A DNA stretch of 64,000 nt. Origin: Paecilomyces variotii (Eukaryota). Position 1 is the first letter of the stretch, and every line of letters starts with the position of its first letter. Where the stretch lies: assembly GCA_004022145.1 (NCBI GenBank), contig RCNU01000002.1; one strand, 5' to 3'. The notes beneath the pieces were generated by a model. It saw only the letters and a list, made by a program, of their open reading frames with translations. It had not been told where the DNA came from and did not search any database. The translations under genes were made by a program, and so were the position numbers. Shown one piece after another: positions 47,273 to 58,599 of this stretch.

Positions 47273-50200
47273 TCACTCGATAACGAGCCACCACCATTCC
47301 TTAACAAACCAACCTGGCTCATTTTCTCGCTCTCGTTCCTGCCCCCGTGCAACTGACGTCTGGTCGGCAGCTTCACGACTCACGACACCTACTTGTTCCA
47401 TCCACTCCAGTAACAGCTCCACCTCCCATGCACCCATGGTCGGTTTTATCATGCTTGCGATGGAAGCGGCGCTGATGCCAGGGCGGAGTGCCACCGTTCC
47501 TATGATAGCCGCGACGGCTAGGTCCCAAACGCTTTTTACAAAATTCCGATGGACATCGAACCAGACGGGGACTCTCCCAGGGAATGGCTGCAGCGTCCAC
47601 TGCGGGGCGGATGGCACTGGGGTTGCTGTATCTGTGCGGTCGATTGTGCCAATGTCCATGTCGCCACGCGGAGGTGGGATAGTTGACAACTTTTCCCTGA
47701 TCGGATTCCCGTAGACGTACTTCCCACGCACCGGATGCACTTCAATTGCAAACCGGAGCTTGCTCTTCTCGATCAATCTCGTGAGATACCCGCCATCCGT
47801 CAGACCGTACTTAGCCCTGGGAGGGTCTCTGGGCCTGAGGATGATCCTTCCTTCAGATACCAGATTGATGAGGGCTAATAATTGACCGTCTTCTGCAGCA
47901 TAGCTGACCTCGTGATGGTTCTGTTGTTTGAATTGCTTGTCCAGAACAGTCGTCTTGAACCGCGCTGCTACCTTAAGCTGCGCCGAGTCAATCGGCCGCC
48001 TGCGACTTAGCATCGCTAGGAAGTGATCGGTAATATCATAATTTCGACCGGGAGTGATGCGGCCTTTGTTACCCATCGAAATAGAACGTTCCGTAACCAG
48101 TGACTGCACGGCGTCGCGAACGAGTCTTTCGCCGAACCGCTCCAATGCTTGTCGCGCATCAGCCGGTCTATATGCTTCCTCTGGAGTGATAATGTTTGCT
48201 CGAACCCAAGTCTTTACCGTCTCCAACTGTGCGAGTTCTGCCCGCCTCTGTGACATGCCAGGACGGTGTTCTTTAAGCGGTATTGCAAATGGCACGCTTG
48301 TAAATAGCGACCGCTTCCGTGTAAGAGTAACAGTGGTGGTGTTACGATTGTAGATCTCCTCTATCGAAATCGGAGGCTCTGTTCTGATTTCGAACAGTCT
48401 ATCAAACTGATCCCGAGTGGCAGGCAGTTCTAGGAGAGTTTGGTCTGATGTGGGAATGTCCAGTTGGCTGTCAGCCCACTTCACTATCCATTCCCAATCG
48501 TACGCGTCCAGATTGCCGTAGTCAATGGCAGGGACTTCGTCATTTTGATACGCCTCTATGAAGCGCTCCTGGAAATCACTCTGCATTTTGGCCATCTGTA
48601 GCCTACTTCTGTTCGTAATCGTCCTGCCACGGTCTTGTATGAATTGTGGGTCATGGCCCGGGAATGCCTTTGAGACAAGATCCCAATCAATCATTCTGCC
48701 TTCAATTCCACCTGCCAAAGTCCGCACGACGACCATCGCGGTTGTGAGCTTTCGGACGAAGTCATCAGGCATTGCTTTGATAAATCGGTTCCGTCGAGCA
48801 GAGAAGCGGGATGGAGCTTTTCGTCCCTGCGATTTCTGTGCTTCCACCTCTTCGGCCATAACAGATTCATTCAATCTCGACAGACGCCGGCTTTGCGGTG
48901 CAACAGTCTCGAAACGTGCATCTCCTTCTTGAAGGTCTGAGACCCGAGTTTGAGCAGGAAGAAGGCGAGAACGAGGGCGTAAGACCCGCTTCGGAATAGG
49001 AGAGCGAGCCGGATGCGAGACAGGTTCATCAAAGTCGAACCGGATTTCTCCTTCAACAGGCGCTATATCAAAGGAGCCATCGACAGTCTGGTTGATGTAG
49101 CGAAGGTTGTCACTGCGGCGATCAAAGAGCTGCGAATTCTGGATCTCCCATCTGGCGATGGCATCGTTATCCAAGAAAAACTTGCTGGAACGAGGGTCAA
49201 CCTCCGCTGAAAAGTCGACTTTGTGTCTTCTAGTCCTGGACATGATATCATCAACAGACTGAGGCAGGGAGAGCCCGGGGATCTCTTTGAAACCATGTCT
49301 GGGGTATGCCGCCAGACCTGCATCTGTAGAAAAGGTCCCTGTCGAAGGATGGAATTTCTGTACTGGCTTCATGAGCATGGCATGAGGAGCCATGGCTGAT
49401 ATCCGATGCCATATTCGCTTCATCCTACGCGGTTGTAGAGCCTCAGTGTCTTGTATCCGTCCGTTCGTTCTCTGCACTATGCGCCGTCTGCCTTCTGTAC
49501 CAGCGAGGCCAGGCCTCGATATTGATGTCAAACTGCTGAAGAAAGCATCCTCCTCGTTCAAAGGACGCTGGATCTTCATCAAACGCCTCACCCTTTCTTT
49601 GCGCCGCGGGCTTTTAGAACGATCACCTTCTCCCTCACCGCGAAGCAAACGTCTTTGGATTCTGCGACCTCTCCTCTGTTCCAGTGCAACGACGAATGCG
49701 GGTTTTTGATGAAGCTGCACAGTGATATCTTCTCGGACTGGCAGACTAGTAATGGCCCTTTGGCCTCGTGCAGGAGTAAACTTGTTACCACTCTTTGTGA
49801 GCTCTGGGTTGATCTCAACATTGGGCGGGAAATAGAACCGCGACCCTGCAGCAAGCATCTTTTTCTGTAAATCCATGATTAGAGGGTCGTCTGCGGGTAA
49901 ATCTGGCTTTGTTATCATGGTCTTTGTGACCATAATGCCTTTATCGTCCATCCCACTAAAAGTCATTTGACGTAGCTTGCCAGCATCAACCATGTGCTTC
50001 ACAGTCGATCTGATCGTCCTAAGGTCAGGCCTTTCTGTGTACCTAGTCTTAAGCCAAGCTGTCGTGAATGGATACCAGAGCTCTGTGCCCAGCGGATATG
50101 CACCTCCAGCTTTTTCAATAATCTCCATCACTATGTTTCTCCGCAGCATGGTAACAGAGCCTCCTTTTTCCATTCGGACTTTCTTCACTTTCCTCTTCCG

Positions 50201-53200
50201 TCCCGTAGCTTGTATAGGTTCTCCACCGTCGACATCCGGACGTTCTCCTGTCGCAGCCCCAATGCCTATCCCCGAAGTTTCATTGGGTGTATTTGCCATA
50301 ACACTTTCATTCCCAGCGGCACTTTCCACCTTAGTCAATGCTTGTAGCTCTGGTTCCAGTTCTGGCACTGATTCCGGTTCCACTGCGTTTGACACTTGTC
50401 CTCTCTCTTCGAGGGTATGTGACTCTGTAGCCTCCACGGCGCCTGCAATCTCCCCCTGGATTTCCGTGTCAGCCGTATGAGTAACCTCGGTCGACGTTTC
50501 GCCTTGCACATCATCGACCTCCATTGTCTGCACAGTTTTTACAGTCTCTGGTTCTGGCTCTGGCTCTGGCTCTGGTTCTGGTGCTGGTTCTGGCTCTGGC
50601 TCTGGCTCTGGTGCTGGTGCTGGCTCTGGCTCTGGTGCTGGTGCTGGCTCTGGTGCTGGTTCTGGTGCTGGTTCTGGTGCTGGCTCTGGTTCTGCCTCCG
50701 GCTCCGGCTCTCGACTTTCCGTTGTGGTTGAGATGCGAGGGCGCTTGCGCGGTTGATTCTCTTCGATAGGAGACTGGACCGGCACATCATCACCGGCGTC
50801 TGCCAGTACATTATTCTCCTCATTTTCTATGACCTTCTGTATATCTTGAGCCTTCCCTCCAGTGCTTTTCTTTGGTCTCCCGCGTTTTCGAGTGGGCTGA
50901 GGAACAGGCTCTGGTGGATGATCAGCTAACTGGTCTTCTGTGATTTCCTTTTCTGCTTCGACGTCCGGCATGTGCTGATCCGGAGCTGCAGCCGTTTCCT
51001 GTGCATTCACGCTTGCAAGTGTCTCTACACGTGCTTTCTTAGGTGGCCGGCCACGTCTCCGTTTAGCTGGTGGGGGTGTCACAACGGCCTCAACGCTCTC
51101 AGAGAAGGTTCTCTTGTTACTATTGGCACCAATGACTGTATTTTGACCAGTTTCCTCAACCGGATTTTCGGCCTGCGCAATTGCGGAAGACACGGCCTCG
51201 GGCGTAGGCGCTGACACAGCAACCGTATCTTCAACTTCCGCATCGGGGTCTTCTCTGTCAGAAAACCAAGGAAGCGTCCTCAAATTTGGTGACTTGAAGA
51301 TAGCGATTTGGCTAATCCGAGGGCGTCCCTGTCTCTTTCCCATCGGCCGTCGTCTGCCACGAGGAGTCACATAGACTCCAGAGTGAGGACGCTCCATGAG
51401 TACGACATTATACTCTGTCCAGGACTCATCCAGTCCCATGGCTTCTAGCATTTCTTTCTCCGACATTCCCGGGTAGCGTGCAGGGTCGTACTTCGATAAC
51501 TTGTGGCGCCTGACGGTTGGCGTTGCCGTAGCGCTCTCAGCATCGTCTAACTCTGTTTCAGGTAAGACACGGCCCTTAGGAAGAAGAGGAGTCTCGTCTG
51601 GACGGTCGGGAGAACCTTCTTCGCGTGCCTTCTTTGGTCGTCGCCCGCGCGATTTCCATGGAGTCTTTAGACGTTCTAAAGCGCCGTTGGGAAGCTTTTC
51701 ACGCCCATCTCTGACAACTACTAGACTGTCAGCATAATCACATGCAAGATATACGGGTATTAGAAGCTTACCATAACTCCCATCCTCTAGCATTACTGCT
51801 ACAGGATCGCTCTTCGAGCGGAAATAATCAGCTGGCTTCGCTGCAGCGGCACACTCAAGGAGAGTGGCATCGCCTTTCCTCAATAGATCTTTGGTTGGAA
51901 TATCCAAAGGAAAGCCGAACTCATCGACTTGAGGAACTGCATCCACAGGTGGTACTTCGATATTCCCACTTTTACCATCCCTAGGGATGAACTCTACTGC
52001 TTCCCAGCTCGCCTGCCCCGCATCAACCAGTTTGCTGAAATTCCGAGCAGAATAATGGACATAGAGAGTTATGGTCTTGTTGAGCGCCGTGTCTCGAACA
52101 AGGGCTAAGTGTCGTAGATGGGGTGGTTGGGATATCTGCCAACATTCGACTAAGCGGGATAATGCGTTTTCCAAAGGCCTCCTGAAGAAGCCACCAAAGC
52201 ACACTCTTATCGTTTCCTGCATCCTCTCAGTTAGTATTGGCAAGGCTTACAATCTCAAATGCAGGGTGGCTCACAATGTTTGTCCTTCCAACTGTCCCAG
52301 AACGATCTATTGCTTCAAATATCAAATTGTAGACGTTTCGATCAGGGGTCCACGTCGGAAGCATTCTTCCACCTTCTTCAAGGCCTTCCTTTGTGACGAC
52401 ACCAACATCTTGTGAGCCGGAAGTGCCAGCTCTATCTTCCTCGCCTTGCAGATCCTCATCGAGCTCCACACTGGCATTACCTTCCTGCTCTAGGTTTGCG
52501 AACAAGTTTCGACTATCGTCAATAAACAACTGGATATCCTTCTCGGATGGTTCCCGAATAAGCATGACACAGGGGTGTAGAGCTTTCATCGTATCAGCAT
52601 ACTGTGACATAGCCCTCACGCGCTTGAGGACGCCGATGCGCTCGAATTTTCGAAGCGCGCGAGAAAGGATCTTCCAGCGCCAAAGGTCGTTAAAGCCGAG
52701 AATACGTTTAAGATCGATACGTGCGATGACACCGTACTCTTTCAATATCTCAAAGAGCTTGTCGGTGAATACTTTAAAGTCGAGTATATGTTCCTTCTCT
52801 TCCTTCGAGGCGTCTGCTGGGGTCTCCGCGCTATCGAAAGCTGGCTTGGCTTGAACGAATTTTCTGAGTGTGCACAAACTCGTTCTCGCCGATTTTACTT
52901 GGATCGCTCTCTTTTCGATATATCCCTTCTGCTGCAACACATCCGTACGCTTTGGTACCGATCGCTTATCTTGGCCACTCAGTCGGACTAATTCTGTCTG
53001 CACTATTCCTCTGGACTTGCGAGAAGCAATTATCGAAAGGAGTGCAAATTCTGTGGGTAGAACTTTGGTCACATCCGGTCCATGGCCCGTGATCGCGAAC
53101 CATGTCCGTTCTTCAGAAACGAACACGCGAGGCACTTCACGACCTTCAGATACTGGCGGTTTGGTCTCCGTGTCGGGCGCAACTGGAGAATCAACTGTAG

Positions 53201-53915
53201 GAGTATCTTCCTCATTTGTGGCTGGTGTCCCTGAAACACGCTCCTCTGCCTCGGCCAAGGTGAGATGGTTCCATTCCCTGTTCTTGCCGACTGATACCTC
53301 AGGATTCCTGGTCAGCCAGGACCAGACTTTCTCCTGAAACGGTCTGTTAATGGAGGGAATGCGGCGGTGTGATGCGCCTGAGGCATCTGATACTCCATCT
53401 TGAGCAGCACGTTTGTAGAAAGCATCGACGAAGGCCAGAACATCAGATGGAGAAGCCCCTGGAGATAATTAGCCTTATCCCAAAGAATTCAACTATCTTA
53501 GAAGATGACAAAAAAAGAAGATTCGCAAGAATATTTTCCATCAAGCGCAGTGAAGTACAAAATCACCAGGGTGTAACACTTCATTGGCCAACGCAGTAAA
53601 AATAGAGAAACAAGCCAATACTAGAAACGATCTTTTGTTCATTTCAAACTTGGGGTATCTGGCACTCATGTAAAGCATGCGTCAAAACGTGATATAGAAA
53701 AGAAAAGAAGAGAGGAAAATCAACGTCGCTGGGGTAAAAAAATCTAAGAAATCAAAACACCAAAATATAAAAAAAAAAAAAAATACGAAAACCAACATGC
53801 GCATCGATGCGACAGAGCGCAAACCCCTCGTGAGGGAACAATACGTACCCTGATCACCGCAGAGAGCGATTTCTGAGAGCAAAAAATCGATCAAATCGTT
53901 AAAACCGCGGGCCAT
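47273..53915 (-). CDS. tfc3: RNA polymerase III transcription factor TFIIIC B-block-binding large subunit (Tfc3/Sfc3-like)
   Basis: Exons 53915-53849, 53458-52275, 52216-51772, 51720-47273; [56 protein letters not shown] (B-block-binding winged helix), C-terminal VPVWFD..LRPG..EWWW. Confidence 0.9.
50548..50711 (-). repeat. Coding hexanucleotide repeat giving an (EP/AP)n tract in TFIIIC subunit
   Basis: Tandem GAGCCA/GAACCA/GCACCA units encoding [16 protein letters not shown]... Confidence 0.9.
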
Positions 53916-53994
53916 GGTTACCTGGGCCTTGACAGGCCCTTCAACTGTGATTCCAGGGTGTTAGTGCGTTCAGGTCATTTGATGGCGACTGCGC

Positions 53995-54081
53995 GATTCG
54001 AACTCGAGTCGCTCGAACGAAAGGGATGAGCTCTTTTTTTTTCTTCTTTGGAGGGGAAAGACGTCAATGAGTGAGTTGAAC
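53995..54081 (-). promoter_or_regulatory. Stand-alone Pol III B-box motifs (ETC/COC-like) upstream of the TFIIIC subunit gene
   Basis: Minus-strand GTTCGAATC (54003-53995) and GTTCAACTC (54081-54073) match GTTCRANYC; near match GTTCGAGCG (54018-54010); no A-box or cloverleaf seen. Confidence 0.65.
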
Positions 54082-54581
54082 TTAACTCGATTCGGTGGCG
54101 GGGGCGGGGTGGCACGTGCTACGCCGCCATACAGCGGCAGAATACACACCGCCCGGTGCCTGCATACCAGAGCCGATGTGGTGTTGCGATTTGCTCGATC
54201 CTGTTTGAGACGATACTAGTCTGAAGGGAATAGGGTAGAACGATATTAATGCTTCGATCTTTCCCTAAAGGACCCAGCGCCCGTAGTGGTAACAATGTAC
54301 CAGCCTTTACGTTGTGCTCCTGGCTGTTTCTCGCTTGGTAGACGCGTAGTATGGCAGAACATACAAGGACTGCAGAAGGGATCAAGAAAGCAGCAGACGT
54401 GTCTATATGACTGCCCAGAGGCATAGATTGGATCAGTGGTATACTATGCTAATTAGATCTAACCAGTATTCTAATACTGACAGATGTGTTCATCAACTCA
54501 AAAGAACACATCATTTTTGGAAAATAGGAAAAACACAACCCACATGCCCACAAGACACGTAGGGGTATCAGCCAAATTGTA

Positions 54582-54584
<3 letters not shown>

Positions 54585-54629
<45 letters not shown>
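54585..54629 (+). repeat. Poly(A) tract, 45 nt
   Basis: Homopolymer read directly. Confidence 0.9.
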
Positions 54630-54631
<2 letters not shown>

Positions 54632-54998
54632 TAAAAGACGGACAAGAAAAAGACAAGGCTGAAATCCACAGAGGAACTTCAACTCAGTATCACGATATCC
54701 AGTCAATCCCGAAAAGCCAATATCGTGCCGCCAAATGATTAAATACCAAGCATCTCAGACGCCATCCCTGCTCTCAGCAATGCAATTGGAATTATGCAAA
54801 CCATGCGCCTGAAGATCCATCCGGTCGTAAAATGCACGTCCATAGACACAATAAAATGAAATCAACGCGAAATGGTAAGGTCGGACCAAGACGTCTCTTG
54901 CATGAATAAGGATCTCGTCTTGAGAGATCCAGATGAGATCTCGGTATGCGGCGAACAGTGTCCAGCAACCGTTCCATCCACAGCCCGTTATTCATGGC

Positions 54999-55924
54999 TC
55001 ATTTCATTCCAACGAGCCCTCGAACTCTCTCCACCCGCTCGATGGCCTTCTCCAACATATCAAGCCTCTTTCTTTTCTCCCCGTCTCTCCGTTCGAGTAT
55101 CTCCACTCGTTCTTCCAGTTTAGCACGGGCTTTCCGCTCTTCAGCCACCATCTCATTCGCCTGACTGAAAAGCTGCGCCGTCAGTTCTTCAAGCTCCGAG
55201 TTGGCCTGTGACAGCCTCGACTCTGCTGCCTTCCGCAGGTTCTGTTCGCGGCTCAAGGCATCCTGCAGTTCGGAGTTGGTGTGTGCATGGTTGGACGATG
55301 CACTGCTTGGACCAGAAGATGTGGCAATATTTCTGCGATACGGAAGGAAAGACGTGAAGCTAGTAAGACGACTTGTCTGCGGTTGCGGCGGAAGGGATTC
55401 CGGTGCGGACGAGGCGAGAGTCGAGGTTGTCCCTGCCACTGAAGGGCCTAATACTGCTGCTGGTGCAGAGGACGTAGATGATATCGAACCATTCTTCTGC
55501 GAATACGCTGGCGTTTGCGAACGGAGTATATTGATCTCGTCTTCGTAATCGGCAAGTTTCTCAGCTATAAGCACACAAGGATGTCAACAAGGGGAGGGTT
55601 TCTTAGAAGATGATAGTGCCCAGGGGAAAGATAGCAAGATCACGACTGTACATAATCTACGGATCTTCCAGCTTTGACGGCGAGGCAAAAAAAAAAGAGA
55701 TATCTCTTACCTGTCTGCGCTTGCCTAGCCGTCAGAAACTTGACCTGAGACTCGAGTTCCTGGATTCTTCGCCGGGCCTCGTCGTTGATCTGTTCTGTCG
55801 AGACAGGAACATCCTGGCCGCAGTGAGGACAATGTACTCCAGATGCAACAACCACCGTGCCAGTCATAGGTGGCAGCGCTCCAACGAGGGTCGTTTTGGT
55901 GGTGGTGGTAGCAGTCGTTGACAT
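54999..55924 (-). CDS. Short Sec2-domain (Rab GEF-like coiled-coil) protein
   Basis: Intron 55710-55565; CPHCG, AEKLADYEDEI, AAESRLSQANSELEELTAQLFSQANEMVAEERKAR; start codon uncertain. Confidence 0.82.
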
Positions 55925-58599
55925 GTCCAGGACATACGGCGGTGGGTCGGGCCAGTTAAGCCAAAAGGAGAAATTCGTGTATAATAATAAATACTTAGTT
56001 CCCTGGAAAAGCAGATCCTCTTACGGCGATGGCTATACTGCTTCGTAGGTAGTTTGAAGAAGTCCAAAAGACGACTCGAAGACGCCCAGGTTCACGAATC
56101 TAGGGAGTCAGCAGTGAATCCAGGGCCATTCCAGCCTCATGTCCGGTTGTTGCTGTCCAACGTGCGGCTCACTAGTCGGTCTCAGATGGCGATCCTCAAT
56201 GCCTGCGCCACTAGATCCCCGCCACGAACAACGGCCGCGCAACTGACTAACGGTGTCAAACCTCCTTCAATCTCCACACTAGTAGTCCCTGGATGTTGTA
56301 ACGGATCTAAAACAGGACGAGACGCGCTCTCAATTTGGGCAATTTATGGGTCAGGCCGTTTTAACGGTCTGCACGCTGTCCTCCTATGTCTTGGAACTTG
56401 AGGTTACTCGGCGCGATAGAATAAAGACAGCCGGAAATCAAACCCCTACAAGAAATCATAACCTCCAAGGTCCTCCTATTTCTTGTTTGGATATATGGTG
56501 TTCAATTCTCACATCAAAATAAGAAGTGAAAATAAGCGATACCACGCCAGCCAACAATATGGGGCTGCTTGGGGGCCACATTTTTGGGGTCGGTCTTAAT
56601 TTATATATTTATGGTACTCCGTACTCCGTACATTTATCCCAGACCCCTCGTATCTATTTTTGTACTGTACTCCACAAACAAACGCCTTTAGACTCTAAGG
56701 ACAAGTCTCTTTATACCACACCAAGACCCCCGTTGGACTCCCTGCTCGCACTCATAAGCTTCCCAGACCCAAGTCAGTAAAAGCTTTATCTATTCATTAT
56801 ATGCCCACTAATGGCCCCCCAAAAAGTCACAATTAGTCGGCAGTGTCGACTAAAAACACTCAGTGCCAGAGGTCGAGCAATCCCATTGCAACACTACCAG
56901 CCGGGCAATTAGAAAGCTCAGACGTCCTATACATCCACAGAATACTGAATATCTCAATTCTTTATTGTCTAGAAAAGAGGGGGCGCCCGTTATCAGAGAG
57001 TTATCTTACTTGGTTTGCCCTCCAAGTTGCTGCTTCATAGCCTGGAGTATACACAAAGGAACACTAATCTCAGCCCCCTTAATCGTAGTATGCCGCTTAA
57101 GAACCCCAATTACCGCTCCAATCTCGAGACTACATAAGCACACGGTGCATCCTTCAACAGTAGTAGTCTATCAGCTTCTCACCCTGTCACGAGTGATCTT
57201 GTCGTAAATCAGAATAGGATGCAAGGGGCTGAACGTCTAATTGCGGAGGCAATTCCTAGTTTTGGTCATGCGCAATCTGAAAATAATAAATTTTACTGTA
57301 TGTGGTCGACGAACCTTGGCTTCTCAACGGATATGGCTTTATATCGTGATTGCAGATTCTCTGGACTCGTTCCTCTCGGCAAATTAAAGAGTCTGGTTGC
57401 ACTCATATTCATGAAAGACAGCATCGAAATCCTTTGTATGGTGCTCGTTTTGAGTTTATGAAGCTGCAATATAAATATGGCCATGGCGGTCCCCTTCACG
57501 ACGCTGGCCATAGGAGACGCAAGAATAAGACATGGGCATTACTAGTACTGTACTATAAACAGTGCTGTTTCTAGACTAAGTGAAGCAATTCTCAATGGTC
57601 TGAATACGTAGTGCATCCAGTAGTCCTACACCATTTTGGCTTCAGGACGTACAAGACGGATAATCTTAAAACGTGAAGAGAGTTTCCATATTTTCGTAAA
57701 CCCCATGCTCTATCGACTCGGTTTGCTCAGTCATAAAAAAAGAAAGAAAACGAGGTGACAGGAAATAAGGAGAAATTCTAGATAGCAGTTGCCCAGCAAA
57801 GCTCTTCAAGTTGGTATGACTCGACAGCATTCAAGAGCAGATGGAATGTCGGAAAGTATCCTCGCTCTTCCGTCTTTACAGACAAGGTTTTTTGGAATGC
57901 TGTGTTGAACAAAAGAAAGTAGCTCTCCCAGGACGAGAACTATCATAGACTTCACACTTAGTCCTCCTCGATCTAGACGACGCAGACACAGAAAGACGGG
58001 GAATAAGTGACACAAGTATCATAAAGAAATAGTAGATAGGCGAAGAAAAGAAGACATCAGGGTCAGCTACCCACTTCTCCGTTACCTCTCAGCATGAGCC
58101 GTCACAGTCGTAGATATGTGATAGATGATCCTCACATGGGTACAGTTAGGTGATGGGAATACAAACAAGGTAACAAACTTTTGAATCATTGAACGATGAC
58201 AGGGCATTAGTAGCGCAACAGGGAATACTAAGACGAAAGACATCATGAACCAAAAAGGAGGCTCAAGTAGCTGAAAGGCGCAGGCGATCTAGAACCGAGC
58301 CAAAACAGCCACCAGGATGAGTAAAACCAGGCCACTTCCGTAGCTCGTGCAACTTGGGTGAGAAAGTACAGCCCTTGAGCACAGCCTGACGGAAATGAAG
58401 CGATCCTTTCCTTGAACCACCGTTCCCCGCAGGACGGTGGACGCACTCGAAATCGGAGCGCCAGGCACGCCAGTTGACAGAACAAACTTGATCAACCGCG
58501 CAAGCGAAGAAGAGTTAAACATCCAGCAGACTCCACGACACCAAAGACAAGCACGATGCCTCGATCCTAGACGGTTGCGTCAAACGGGTATTAGTACAT

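Noticed and set aside
50477-50823. ORFs with WLWLWC, LALALV and QSQHQ repeats
   Set aside because: Alternate-frame translations of the EP/AP coding repeat in tfc3
53940-54090. Possible tRNA gene around GTTCGAATC
   Set aside because: No A-box, D-arm or anticodon arm on either strand; kept as orphan B-box instead
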